Part shown: positions 25,990 through 35,769 of the stretch, in pieces
How positions within the stretch are numbered: position 1 is the first letter of the stretch
Layout of the letters: each line of letters begins with the position of its first letter
IMG/VR virus record: IMGVR_UViG_3300048599_000194
Coordinates: 175,177 to 239,176 of that record
Strand: one strand, 5' to 3'
DNA length: 64,000 nt
From: a virus
Lineage: Duplodnaviria > Heunggongvirae > Uroviricota > Caudoviricetes
Program-made: the position numbers and the translations under genes
Notes under the pieces: generated by a model
Told to the model about the DNA's origin: nothing
What the model saw: the letters and a program-made list of their open reading frames with translations, nothing else
The model's database searches: none

Positions 25990-26355
25990 CTATTCAATTC
26001 GGGTTATACGACTAAAGTCGGTATCAATTGAGTTACCGACTTCTAGCGTTAAAACGTGTTCATTCCAGAACCATCTGCCGTCTCCAGTTGACCCCGGAAC
26101 TGTGCGCTCGGCTGTCAACCATTTAGGGGCATCTAGTTCAGTGAAGAATTCATCTTTGGAGAATTCACGTTGCAATTTGAATTTCATTGGGGGTGTAGTA
26201 ATTCCATTAACTGCTCGGAAGCATTTTCTTGACTGTAAGGGTATGTCTCTACTCAAATATAATCCAGATCCACAAGTGTATACATAAAATGCAATATCTG
26301 ATTCTTTAAGATTTATTGGTTCATTGCAGAAATGACAAAAACGAGAGTAGCTCAA
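25990..26355 (-). CDS. Hypothetical protein
   Basis: ORF in packed operon. Confidence 0.7.
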   Translation of the reverse strand: MSYSRFCHFCNEPINLKESDIAFYVYTCGSGLYLSRDIPLQSRKCFRAVNGITTPPMKFKLQREFSKDEFFTELDAPKWLTAERTVPGSTGDGRWFWNEHVLTLEVGNSIDTDFSRITRIE

Positions 26356-26555
26356 GGCATTTCACCTTTCTTGAGTTTGCTTCCGTGAAATCCTCTACGG
26401 ATAATGCAATTTCCAGAATGCTTGCATGGACGGTTTTCGATTGAAGCCATGCAATCAACTACATTGATTTCTTTGTATTCGGCCTTAGAGTGTCCCATGT
26501 CCTGTCGCACTCTAAGATCTGGGCATACGATTGCCATAGAATTATTTGATTGCAT
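26352..26555 (-). CDS. Small Cys-containing protein
   Basis: ORF in packed operon. Confidence 0.65.
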   Translation of the reverse strand: MQSNNSMAIVCPDLRVRQDMGHSKAEYKEINVVDCMASIENRPCKHSGNCIIRRGFHGSKLKKGEMP

Positions 26556-26556
26556 A

Positions 26557-26784
26557 TTATGCTCCCGTCTCCATTTTTCCGTACACTAGCCGACCTCGAT
26601 GTATGACTACCTTCTCTGAAGTGTCAAAGATATGATAGCGTGCTCTACCACACTCGTCCAGTTGTTTTTCTAGATATTCAGTGCATTCCTCCACGGTATC
26701 TGCCGTGTATTCTAGGTCATCCATTCCACCTTTTGGGTAGTAGGATTCGCAGATGAAAAGATAGAATCTCTTTGAGTAATCCAT
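26557..26784 (-). CDS. Phage hypothetical protein
   Basis: FYLFICESYYPKGGMDDL motif. Confidence 0.7.
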   Translation of the reverse strand: MDYSKRFYLFICESYYPKGGMDDLEYTADTVEECTEYLEKQLDECGRARYHIFDTSEKVVIHRGRLVYGKMETGA

Positions 26785-26786
26785 GA

Positions 26787-27344
26787 TTATCCTTTGACTA
26801 GAATTCGCTTAGCGTCATTGATTAGTTTCATCTTGACAACTGCATCAGGAGACGGGTTTTTGTCTGGATGATATTTAAGCGCCATCCTACGATATGCGGC
26901 CTTGATTTCATCTTGAGTTGACCCTCTAGGAATCTCAAGTACATCGTATGCACTGATCTTGATTTTCTGCCCTGGCCTAGTATTTCGGCGAGGCTCTTCC
27001 GTTTTGGATGACTTGTTGTATCTAGAATTCTTTCTCTTCAATTCTTCTTCTTCTTTAGCTCGTTGAGCTTTTCGCATTTGATCATACATGCGTTCGAGAT
27101 TTGCGTAGAATTCTTCTTCTTTCCTACGGCGTTCTTCCCTCAAAAGGGCTTCAAGTCTATTATTATCTCTAATGTTTGTTACGATCAACGTAATAAGGCC
27201 AAACAACATGACACTCAAACATGCGCAAAGAAGTGAAGTTAATCCATTATGAGTTACTACCAATGAGAATGTAAAAACTCCCCATCCGATCAAAAAGTTC
27301 ATGAAGAAGAATGCATGGAAATCAAATTCTTTTTCTTGTTTCAT
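26787..27344 (-). CDS. Membrane-anchored DnaJ-domain protein
   Basis: Two N-terminal TM helices; C-terminal J domain YDVLEI...IKAAYRRMALKYHPDKN. Confidence 0.9.
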   Translation of the reverse strand: MKQEKEFDFHAFFFMNFLIGWGVFTFSLVVTHNGLTSLLCACLSVMLFGLITLIVTNIRDNNRLEALLREERRRKEEEFYANLERMYDQMRKAQRAKEEEELKRKNSRYNKSSKTEEPRRNTRPGQKIKISAYDVLEIPRGSTQDEIKAAYRRMALKYHPDKNPSPDAVVKMKLINDAKRILVKG

Positions 27345-27345
27345 A

Positions 27346-27606
27346 TTACTTCCTTTTGAAAATCCAGAACCCCTTATACTCTCGTACCTTAATTACAGAT
27401 CCTCTACAGATACTAGAAGGTCGTTCATTAGGTTTTGTAGTGTAATGCCACATTTCTTCATGGAATGGGTAATCTACATACCACAATTCATATCGACCGC
27501 CTCTAATCCATTGAATTAAATGTTCTATCGGAGATGGTTTCCCGAAGATGAGGCACAGTGTGGCCAGCATCAGTAGATAAAAGATGTTCAACATGCGACC
27601 CACCAA
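27346..27606 (-). CDS. Hypothetical protein
   Basis: ORF in packed operon. Confidence 0.65.
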   Translation of the reverse strand: MVGRMLNIFYLLMLATLCLIFGKPSPIEHLIQWIRGGRYELWYVDYPFHEEMWHYTTKPNERPSSICRGSVIKVREYKGFWIFKRK

Positions 27607-27851
27607 TCATCATTCTCAAAGAGTTCCATCATTGCAATTTCTTCTTCGAGAGTCGGAGGCTCTGAAATGTATTCAAAGTCAGTTTCATTGCAAGGTTCCC
27701 AGAGAACCACTTGCTTTCCGCCAACCACAGTAATGATCTTGGAGAGTTCGCCACCCTCGTCCTGACCATTTTGGATATTCGCAATGACATTCTTGATGTC
27801 ACCTTCAATCGTGATTCCGTAGCCAGCCTTGTAAATCTTTTCCATTTGCAT
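27588..27851 (-). CDS. Hypothetical protein
   Basis: GGAGG RBS; promoter 27878. Confidence 0.75.
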   Translation of the reverse strand: MQMEKIYKAGYGITIEGDIKNVIANIQNGQDEGGELSKIITVVGGKQVVLWEPCNETDFEYISEPPTLEEEIAMMELFENDDWWVAC

Positions 27852-27877
27852 ATACGAAGCCTCCGGTGTTCAATTGA

Positions 27878-27907
27878 AAGATACGTTGAACTTAGTCAGA
27901 TGTCAAC
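27878..27907 (-). promoter_or_regulatory. sigma70-type early promoter
   Basis: GTTGAC-N17-GTATCTT. Confidence 0.85.
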
Positions 27908-27926
27908 TAGGTTTGGTTGCTATAAT

Positions 27927-28142
27927 ATGAAAATGGAACCAAACAAACGAGACTATGATTTTCTAGCGGGCTGTGAAGTAGATGTTCGGAAGGACGGTAA
28001 ATTAGTATTTCGTCCAATGGCCGAACAAATCCAAACAACTGTAGAAGAATCACCTAAAAAGAAAAAGCCTCGCAATGCAAAGGCTCCAGAAAAGATAGTT
28101 CCTAAAGTGTATGTGAATTTAAGTCTCAAAAAAGTAGATTAA
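27927..28142 (+). CDS. Basic Lys-rich small protein on the plus strand (possibly leaderless from 27933)
   Basis: MKMEPNKRDYDF...SPKKKKPRNAKAPEK; fills gap; TGCTATAAT immediately upstream. Confidence 0.6.
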   Translation: MKMEPNKRDYDFLAGCEVDVRKDGKLVFRPMAEQIQTTVEESPKKKKPRNAKAPEKIVPKVYVNLSLKKVD

Positions 28143-28441
28143 GATTTATCGTACTCTCTGACTACTTCTAGAATTTCAAGCATCCATCCAATGTCTGGAT
28201 GTGGTTTCTTAGGATCTTCTCGCTTCAATTCTTTGAACCTAGTAAGCATTTTCATGGCAATGAATTCATCGTTCTTCAGTTTATCTCGCGACAATTGAAT
28301 ATCACTGAGAACTTTCATAGAATCTTCAACATCCTTCCATGCGGTATCTGGCATTGGTTGAACGGTGACAATCTTTGCGGCAAATTCATCGGGAAATCTA
28401 CGCTGACATAAGGCATGATCGAATTGCAATGGATTTTGCAT
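28139..28441 (-). CDS. Hypothetical protein
   Basis: ORF in packed operon. Confidence 0.7.
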   Translation of the reverse strand: MQNPLQFDHALCQRRFPDEFAAKIVTVQPMPDTAWKDVEDSMKVLSDIQLSRDKLKNDEFIAMKMLTRFKELKREDPKKPHPDIGWMLEILEVVREYDKS

Positions 28442-28803
28442 TACTCACCCCACTTATATGTTCTGAAAAACTTGAATGCTTTGAATTCATGAAGTTTTGG
28501 ATTAAAAGGGTAGCACATGGTTAGAATATGAGCGCCACCTAGCCTAGATTCGGTTTGCTCAATCTTTTTCAGCCCCTGTGCTTCTAGAATTTTATTGGCA
28601 TTTGCCAATTCTTTCTCATTCACCATGCAGGTGATCTTTTTGAATGAATTAGAATACCATCCTTCAAAATCAATTTCGCCCTGCCATTTTCTACCTGCCG
28701 CCATACCTCCATGAACAGCAGAATTAATAGCTACACTAGGCGGATATTCCTCTTTGACTAGGATATAAAGCCTGTATTCAGAATAGTCTTTTTGTTCACA
28801 CAT
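28441..28803 (-). CDS. Peptidyl-tRNA hydrolase Pth2-like protein
   Basis: YILVKEEYPPSVAINSAVHGG...W...FKKITC pattern of the PTH2 family. Confidence 0.7.
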   Translation of the reverse strand: MCEQKDYSEYRLYILVKEEYPPSVAINSAVHGGMAAGRKWQGEIDFEGWYSNSFKKITCMVNEKELANANKILEAQGLKKIEQTESRLGGAHILTMCYPFNPKLHEFKAFKFFRTYKWGE

Positions 28804-28963
28804 TATTCACGCATCGCAATCTTTAGAGTATACTCTAAGTCTTGGGCAGAGGGACATTCGGCCTTTTTCCAGCAACGTGAAGTTGGTGAACATGCGTGAC
28901 CTGCATCGCAAAAGATCTCGCATAGTTTATCAGTTGCGGCTTTGATGATTTCTGATTTATGTT

Positions 28964-29299
28964 TCATCGTTTTGGCTCTTTTAGAAGGTCAACGTAAATA
29001 TGCTGACTCCATTCATCGAAATAGAATTCTTCATTTGTTAGAAACGCAGATATGCTTTTTTTGTACATTGGATCTAATACCATTGCATTTGGTGGTGGTG
29101 GATAGTGTTTATAGTCATTGGTCATGACCTTGCGAAAATGAATCGAAAATGTCATTTTCCCAATACTAGCACACATCTCCATGTATTCTTTTAGCTTTTC
29201 AATTTGAAAATTGATTAGCGACTGTTCTCTGCTATTTGCTAATTCAAGACTTAGATTATATTTTTCTCTAAGTTCTGCGGCAAAAGACATTCCATTCAT
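28964..29299 (-). CDS. Hypothetical protein
   Basis: ORF in packed operon. Confidence 0.7.
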   Translation of the reverse strand: MNGMSFAAELREKYNLSLELANSREQSLINFQIEKLKEYMEMCASIGKMTFSIHFRKVMTNDYKHYPPPPNAMVLDPMYKKSISAFLTNEEFYFDEWSQHIYVDLLKEPKR

Positions 29300-29781
29300 A
29301 TGTACGACTTTCTCCTAAGTAAGTTGTATACTGCTTTGCTGGCTAATTTTTGGAAATGATTTGATTTATCTCTAGCTGAACCAAGGCAGAAAGGGTATTT
29401 ACACATCAACCCTTCAATTATCTTTATTTCGTCTGACGTGAATTTCTTGATTAATTGAAATTCCGCTTCTTCGAATAACCATCGCTCTCCTGTTGCGATG
29501 GCGTCGAAAACTTCATACGGTCTGTATGACTTGAGCTTCTCTACTGATCTGTACAGATAATAATTCCTATGCGCTTCCATTGGAATTGCAGTAAATGAGC
29601 CACCTGGATTAGTTGCACAGCAAAATCTAGTATTCTTCGGTTCAGTGTCGCCTCGATATTTTCCAGTTCGGCGTGGCCTCATTGTCTCCAGATTCTTTCC
29701 TAGTTCTGGATGACAGGTTAGATGCCATAGGTATCTTAAGCGATTATCTGGTTTGCAATTTGGATCAATTTTATAGACCAT
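29296..29781 (-). CDS. Hypothetical protein, possible ART-fold (LWHLT...PRR...RFCCAT)
   Basis: N-terminal His strand and R-x-C-x-S/T-like motif. Confidence 0.45.
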   Translation of the reverse strand: MVYKIDPNCKPDNRLRYLWHLTCHPELGKNLETMRPRRTGKYRGDTEPKNTRFCCATNPGGSFTAIPMEAHRNYYLYRSVEKLKSYRPYEVFDAIATGERWLFEEAEFQLIKKFTSDEIKIIEGLMCKYPFCLGSARDKSNHFQKLASKAVYNLLRRKSYI

Positions 29782-30388
29782 TTTTGATTATTTCACCTTC
29801 ATCCCATCTGTCATCAGTTTGAACGTGTCCTGCTCTGACGTATTTGGCGACTAGATGTTTGAATTCGCTTCTATGAAAGGAGTCAGTCACTCTTACGACA
29901 TATCCTTCCTTCCATTTTGAAGAGTCGATGGACTTGATTGCGCACTCGTCCCACAATCCACGGTAGAGGGTCTTTACAGGCTGAATGCGTAGCTCATCGA
30001 ACCAGAGGAGGGTATCATCCCATGAAAGGCACTGTAGGCCCTCCCAGACGGAAAAGCCACGGAAATATGTGACCAGTCCTTCGTATCTAATTGAATGTTG
30101 CGCAAAAAGATCTTCACCGCATACTCGGAGAGTTGGGTCAAGGAGATACGCCCTCTCATTCCACCAAGCCTTAAGCCAAGTGCGATAATGAGTAATAACA
30201 GAATCCATTGAACGAGCATGAATATGGCCGTCTGGATATAGAGTCGAATTCTCACCATCCATTTTCTCAGTTATCACTACTTCACGACCTAGAAATCCAT
30301 CGAGACTTTCTATTCTCTTATCATCCTTCGTAAGTCCAGGACTCCAAGGTAAGTGAAAAGTTCTAGGATATTTGATTCGATCTTGCAT
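29771..30388 (-). CDS. RNA ligase family protein
   Basis: KYPRTFHLPWSPG, motif I TEKMDGEN, CGEDLFA, EGYVVR, KYVR. Confidence 0.85.
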   Translation of the reverse strand: MQDRIKYPRTFHLPWSPGLTKDDKRIESLDGFLGREVVITEKMDGENSTLYPDGHIHARSMDSVITHYRTWLKAWWNERAYLLDPTLRVCGEDLFAQHSIRYEGLVTYFRGFSVWEGLQCLSWDDTLLWFDELRIQPVKTLYRGLWDECAIKSIDSSKWKEGYVVRVTDSFHRSEFKHLVAKYVRAGHVQTDDRWDEGEIIKNGL

Positions 30389-30391
30389 AAG

Positions 30392-30763
30392 TTAAGGCCA
30401 ATTACTTGCACCACAATGAGGGCAGTTGCAATATTCAGTTGCAATGAATTTTCCACATTCACAGCAATTAACGGGCCTTCTCCTTATTTTCTTAGGGGAT
30501 ACGAATTTAATTTTACTTAATTTCTTGGCTTCGGCCAAATTACAGTATTGCATGTCAACGGCAGGTCGCGTTCTAGCTTCGATGTATTCTTTCGGCCAGG
30601 GAATATCTGTACTACGCGCTAGATGCAATGATTGCGCTTCTTCAAATGTGTATAGTTGAGCTTTCCTTAAATCAGTGACATAGCCACTGCTACCAAGACC
30701 CCAAAAGAGCATGTCATTTCCAACATACCCGCGAGAATCTTGAAGATAGAAAAGATCTGACAT
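30392..30763 (-). CDS. Phage hypothetical protein with C-terminal Zn ribbon
   Basis: FYLQDSRGYVGNDMLFW...DIPWPKEYI; CCEC...CPHC. Confidence 0.75.
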   Translation of the reverse strand: MSDLFYLQDSRGYVGNDMLFWGLGSSGYVTDLRKAQLYTFEEAQSLHLARSTDIPWPKEYIEARTRPAVDMQYCNLAEAKKLSKIKFVSPKKIRRRPVNCCECGKFIATEYCNCPHCGASNWP

Positions 30764-30782
30764 GGAAACCTCGCAAAAATTA

Positions 30783-30812
30783 AAGATACTATGGAATTAC
30801 CGTGATGTCAAG
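30783..30812 (-). promoter_or_regulatory. sigma70-type early promoter
   Basis: CTTGAC-N17-GTATCTT. Confidence 0.8.
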
Positions 30813-30988
30813 AATTACCTAGAGAATCGTTGTATTCATCAAGAAGATCAGAATACTCATTGCTTGCCTCCCATTGCATCTGTACGTCCTCCACATCACC
30901 TGAAGGGCATTTCAGATTAAGCCAGCAATTGAATGCATGCTCTTCGGCTTCTTCAAATGTGAGAAATGTTTTAGCCATGAGATACCAA

Positions 30989-31579
30989 TTACTTAAACAT
31001 CATTGCAATATTCTGCAACTTCGTAGCCCTCATCAAGCTAAGAATTTCACTGAGCTTAGCCATTCTCTCGTGCATCTTCTCGAATTTGGAAGGTTCGAGG
31101 TTTTCTGCAATCAAGTTGATTTGATTAATTTCCTTGAGTGCGATAGTCATTAGCTCGTTCTTTTCCTTTGCAGTTATCCGATCTTCTTCGTCCTTGCCTG
31201 ATTCGAACTTAGTCTTATTCTTTTGAAGGTCCATCCCCCAATAGATTAACCCCTTGATTAGAGTATCAAGTGGAAGATAACCTTGGTCATATTGCCCATA
31301 AGTTACGTAATTAGGAGATAGTAATTCATGCAAAGGACAATCTGCATACCCAGGCTTAGAATTAACAAGCCCAGTATAAGTGTCGCTCAGATCCCTACTA
31401 GCATCAATGAATTCATCACAATCTCTACCTTCTTCTAGAGCTTTCATGTATTCGGCGTGATTGACTGGGAGTAGATTTTCAGTATTCCACGTCCGCTTGA
31501 TATAATCAATCACGGGCTGAATAAGAATGTCAAGGTCTGCCATTACTTCATCTTTTGACGCTCGATACATATTGTTCAT
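30989..31579 (-). CDS. Hypothetical protein
   Basis: 196 aa. Confidence 0.8.
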   Translation of the reverse strand: MNNMYRASKDEVMADLDILIQPVIDYIKRTWNTENLLPVNHAEYMKALEEGRDCDEFIDASRDLSDTYTGLVNSKPGYADCPLHELLSPNYVTYGQYDQGYLPLDTLIKGLIYWGMDLQKNKTKFESGKDEEDRITAKEKNELMTIALKEINQINLIAENLEPSKFEKMHERMAKLSEILSLMRATKLQNIAMMFK

Positions 31580-32010
31580 TGTTTGACCTCATTTATTGAA
31601 TTAAGTGCTAATTCTAGGCTTGGAGCTACTTCACATAGATCTACCCACTCACCATCAAATAGAATCTTTGTATTATAGAATCCAATTTTATCTGGATGTG
31701 GGCATTTACCAATGTGTATTGTGAATAATGGAGGATCATTACCAACACAGACGGAATAGAATTCAGGACTTGCTTTGTAAAATTCTAATTCGATGCTTTG
31801 TACATTGTGATGACTGCATCGAGTTTTTCCATGCACATATATTGTTTCTTGAATATTTTTGGCATATTGAAATTCATATTCGCCAAAGTTATCCATTACC
31901 CACTTAACTAATTCAAGTGCATCTTGGAAAAATTTAAGTCGAGGGTCAGAACTACCTTGACATGAAGGACAGTCGAAATAGTATTCAATTACAGCGGCAT
32001 ACATTGTCAA
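31576..32010 (-). CDS. Hypothetical protein
   Basis: 144 aa. Confidence 0.75.
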   Translation of the reverse strand: MTMYAAVIEYYFDCPSCQGSSDPRLKFFQDALELVKWVMDNFGEYEFQYAKNIQETIYVHGKTRCSHHNVQSIELEFYKASPEFYSVCVGNDPPLFTIHIGKCPHPDKIGFYNTKILFDGEWVDLCEVAPSLELALNSINEVKQ

Positions 32011-32840
32011 TTACACGCTGAATTCAGACGCCATTAGCGATTCCAATGGAGTCACGTCATATTTGTCAATAATGTAATAGTTCTCTCCATATTTTCCGAC
32101 AACCAAAGGATCTTCATTCTGGATAATTTCAATCTTGCTGTCTTCGATTTCCCAGCAATGAGCTTCTTCGATCACATAAATTCGGTCAAACTTAGATTTC
32201 AAATTCTTTATATTTTCAGCCACATTTCGAGGCATCAAACCTTTAGGCTCGTGAATGAACTTAATAGTTTTTTTAAGGTCTTTTTCGCACATTGGACCTG
32301 CAATGAATAACAGTCCAAATGCACTCACTCCACTTACAATGTCCATGATGTTAATGGTAGAATGAGAAAATCCAGTACATATTGAAGCAATAAAGCATCC
32401 AATAAACGACAACCCCATCAACAACATGCTCAAAATAACGGCGATTCGAGTATATTGATATGCCTTGAACTTAAATCGATCCGCTTTATCTAGGAAAGCA
32501 ATGGACGCATCATCCTTATGCGAAGTGTCGATATTTTTTCTATCTTACAAACACCATTGCCAAATACATCGTAAATTGCAAACGCAGGAACAATTCGACC
32601 ATTCATTTTCTTGGTAGCTTGATTGACAGCATCCATGTCAATCTTTCGATAATTATCGTCATATCCTTCCACGAAATTATCATTGATCTTATCTTCTGCG
32701 AGTTCTCGCAACTGAGCACGTTCAAATGGCAGTGCATGCTTCAAGGCTTCCTTAGCCACATCATTGCCTGGAATGCGACTATTCAATTCCTGAATGCTGG
32801 ATTGTTCGATTTCAGTTAGAGTCTGCATTGTGTACCTCAT
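32011..32840 (-). CDS. Membrane protein apparently split by a -1 frameshift at an A6 run (ORFs 32490..32840 and 32011..32433)
   Basis: The downstream frame is open from the GAAAAAAT run at 32533-32540 onward. Confidence 0.55.
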
Positions 32841-32864
32841 TTGATGTGGAGCATGTACTATCGT

Positions 32865-32894
32865 AAGATACTACTAATTGAATTATTCGTCTAC
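32865..32894 (-). promoter_or_regulatory. sigma70-type early promoter
   Basis: GTAGAC-N17-GTATCTT. Confidence 0.85.
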
Positions 32895-33045
32895 TACTTT
32901 TTTGGATCTATGCACTGGTAATATCCACCCAATGTCTTTGCGTATGTTCCGCCTCTCGATTCACATTCGGAGCATCCGTGAATTAATGATCCCCATAATG
33001 CAAGTAGACATATTCCAGTAAGAAGAGGGACGATTACTTCTTTCT

Positions 33046-33846
33046 TTAACATATTATTTCATTTCTTAAATCAGCTATTTTCTTCTCATTTTCTGCAATA
33101 TTTTTCAGTACATTATCATTATGTGTTTTAATTCGTCGCTCATTCTTCTCGTAGTCAACGGGAATATTGTATTTCACGCAAGTATTGTAATCAGTATTAG
33201 ATAGTTCATTCCTGGAATTAATCAATTTGGCAACGACATCTCGCGCTTCTTCATACGATTTACATGGAGTGAATATCATATCATGTCCACTACCATCTGA
33301 ATACTGATTGACTTTCCAGTCTAATGCCCGTCTTTGATTCCAGTGACCAAAAATTGAAACTAATCTAACCGACTCGAATCTTCGATTACTATCATATGAA
33401 GTCCACTCAGTATTTGTAAATAGATCAGGCGTCCATTCCTTGATTATATATTCATATCCACGTTGATATACAACGTGGGTATATACGCCAGTAATGTAAT
33501 TAGTGATCATTTCAATGATCTTTTTTACTTCTGGCTCGGTAATGCCATTAATCCATTCAAGTTTAGCTTTCATTGCCTTGACGCAGTTCTCAGTAAATTG
33601 AGAAACCTCTTGCTTCAATGCTTGCAATTCAGCGTTCTTTTTTTCGAGAGCTTCACTTATTCTAATCTCTTCACGAGACTTCCATGTCTCAGCAGGCGCA
33701 TTCAAAAGAGATTTTGCAACAAAATGCTCACCTGCTGGAATTTCAGATCCATCTACCACATAGATTTCCTGTACGATTGTTTCCTTGGAATTCAAGGCCC
33801 CAATTACAACAACCTTTTTACCGTCTGGTGTATATTTGTAGTCCAT
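33046..33846 (-). CDS. Conserved phage protein with coiled coil (YTPDGKKVVVIG family)
   Basis: MDYKYTPDGKKVVVIGALNSKETIVQEI...GEHFV motif; start reassigned. Confidence 0.8.
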   Translation of the reverse strand: MDYKYTPDGKKVVVIGALNSKETIVQEIYVVDGSEIPAGEHFVAKSLLNAPAETWKSREEIRISEALEKKNAELQALKQEVSQFTENCVKAMKAKLEWINGITEPEVKKIIEMITNYITGVYTHVVYQRGYEYIIKEWTPDLFTNTEWTSYDSNRRFESVRLVSIFGHWNQRRALDWKVNQYSDGSGHDMIFTPCKSYEEARDVVAKLINSRNELSNTDYNTCVKYNIPVDYEKNERRIKTHNDNVLKNIAENEKKIADLRNEIIC

Positions 33847-33848
33847 GA

Positions 33849-34082
33849 TTACCTCATGTATAGATTGCAGTGGCAAATACCTTCATTCTGGATGTCTTCA
33901 CTACACGCTGTAGTTCCACATCCATGAATAGTATCGTCTGGAGGATAGCATGGGCACCGCTTCCATTCAGCCTCGCCGAAGAATCGCTCCTTGGCTTTAG
34001 CGATTCGGGTTACGGTCTTTTCATTTATTGTCCAACCTTCAAGAGAGGCTAGATCTCGGATGTTTTTTTCAATTTGAGTCAT
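33849..34082 (-). CDS. Ferredoxin-thioredoxin reductase catalytic-subunit-like protein
   Basis: RCPC...GCGTTAC...GICHCNLY. Confidence 0.7.
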   Translation of the reverse strand: MTQIEKNIRDLASLEGWTINEKTVTRIAKAKERFFGEAEWKRCPCYPPDDTIHGCGTTACSEDIQNEGICHCNLYMR

Positions 34083-34284
34083 CGGATTCCGTCTTTTGTT
34101 GAGATGAGAGATTTACCATGAGGAGTAATCCCCATAGACAATGCCAACTATGAAACACATAAGCCAAACCTAATACGATTACAACAGTCATTATTAGTGT
34201 GACTATATTCTCAATTAGAATATACTTTTCGTTCCTGATTGTTTTCAAGTTAGTTTCTTTCTTTACAGGTAAATTAGTAGGCAT
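34069..34284 (-). CDS. Small membrane protein
   Basis: Two hydrophobic segments. Confidence 0.7.
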   Translation of the reverse strand: MPTNLPVKKETNLKTIRNEKYILIENIVTLIMTVVIVLGLAYVFHSWHCLWGLLLMVNLSSQQKTESDDSN

Positions 34285-34292
34285 TAATATGC

Positions 34293-34634
34293 TTATATTC
34301 GAATTGCAGTGGCTACGAAATACGGCTTGGCATTAGAAGTTCCAGACCTATTCCTAAACTGAATTTTCACATCATATATGCAATTTCCTCTTGAGTATTT
34401 CGCAATGTATTCACGGAAGCTGACATGTGCCTCTTCAATTAATTTCCTATTCTTTAGGTCATTGCATTTGAAACCTATTAGCAAGGTAATTAGTTCCGGG
34501 GTTATTTCAAATAACAAAGCACCTTTATCATCTTCTCTGAAGAAACTATTTTGCTTTACGTAATTATCAATCCTTCGACGCCATTCATTTAATTTAGCGT
34601 CTAGTAATTCATTGGCGTTTGGAATTTCAGTCAT
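34293..34634 (-). CDS. Hypothetical protein
   Basis: ORF in packed operon. Confidence 0.7.
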   Translation of the reverse strand: MTEIPNANELLDAKLNEWRRRIDNYVKQNSFFREDDKGALLFEITPELITLLIGFKCNDLKNRKLIEEAHVSFREYIAKYSRGNCIYDVKIQFRNRSGTSNAKPYFVATAIRI

Positions 34635-34641
34635 TGCTTTC

Positions 34642-35769
34642 TCACAGTGCTAAGTAAACTCGTTCAGCCGCACGAGTAACTGCGGTGTACAAATGTCTGT
34701 CAGAATGTTCTCTAAAGACTCTACTCTCATCGACAATTAGAACATTATTCCATTGACTACCTTGGCTTTTATGGACAGTCAATGCATCTCCAAAAGTAAA
34801 TTCGTCAATGTTCTTTCGGTATCGCCAATCTAACTTATCTTCACCACCGCTAAAAAATTCTTTAGGGACTCTTGCATTGAAATCAACATTATCGCCCAAT
34901 TCATCGAGAGACTTCATGTTAATTGCATATTCTCCGTTCATGGTTGCCAATTCAACAGAAGTGGCTTCCCATAATCCACCATTCAATAAGCCCTTTTTGT
35001 TATTGTTTCGTAGGCATATTAACTTGTCTCCAATTTTAGGTTCGGTTAGATCTAATGGATTTGCAATTCCCTTTGCTAATCTAATTCGACCATTAAGTGA
35101 AGTTCGAGTACGATTCATTCCGCATAATACTTGATCGACCATCTTCAAGACATTATCAAATTCTGGATTGTCCACTGCACTTCGATTGAACACTTTACAT
35201 TGATCGTAATTCTGATTAAAGAGACTTCTATGTTCTCGAATGTCAATAGATAGCCGGATGATTGGATTATCTCTGGCTTGACGATGAATCTCAGTTAGCA
35301 TAATATCCGGATTTCCGGACGTGAAAAAGCCTTCGCCTTTAACGGGAGGCAACTGGAACGGATCTCCAATGACCAATACTTTTCGACCGAAACTCAATAG
35401 GTCTTCACCTATTTCGGCATTGACCATCGAAACTTCATCAATAATAATAAGGTCTGCAGTTGCAACCATAGAATCATAATTCAATACGAATTCGACTTCT
35501 CCGGTTTTCTTATCTTCGACTGGCCTATATATCGCACTGTGTATTGTACTGGCCCCGTAGCATCCTTTTTTCTGCATGACGAGCGCGGCTTTTCCCGTGA
35601 ATGCCATGTAGACAACTTGACCTTTAACAAGCTCAGAAATTTCGCTGATTAAAGTCGTCTTACCTGTTCCTGCATATCCAAATAATCTGAATATCTGAGG
35701 GGATGTTCTTGATTTTAGCCACTTAGATATTTCAGCAATGGCAAGTTCTTGTTGAGGGGACCATTCCAT
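34642..35769 (-). CDS. SF1B Dda/RecD-like DNA helicase
   Basis: GYAGTGKTT, IIDEVSMV, GDPFQLPPV, LTEIHRQ, TVHKSQGSQW, LYTAVTRA. Confidence 0.95.
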   Translation of the reverse strand: MEWSPQQELAIAEISKWLKSRTSPQIFRLFGYAGTGKTTLISEISELVKGQVVYMAFTGKAALVMQKKGCYGASTIHSAIYRPVEDKKTGEVEFVLNYDSMVATADLIIIDEVSMVNAEIGEDLLSFGRKVLVIGDPFQLPPVKGEGFFTSGNPDIMLTEIHRQARDNPIIRLSIDIREHRSLFNQNYDQCKVFNRSAVDNPEFDNVLKMVDQVLCGMNRTRTSLNGRIRLAKGIANPLDLTEPKIGDKLICLRNNNKKGLLNGGLWEATSVELATMNGEYAINMKSLDELGDNVDFNARVPKEFFSGGEDKLDWRYRKNIDEFTFGDALTVHKSQGSQWNNVLIVDESRVFREHSDRHLYTAVTRAAERVYLAL

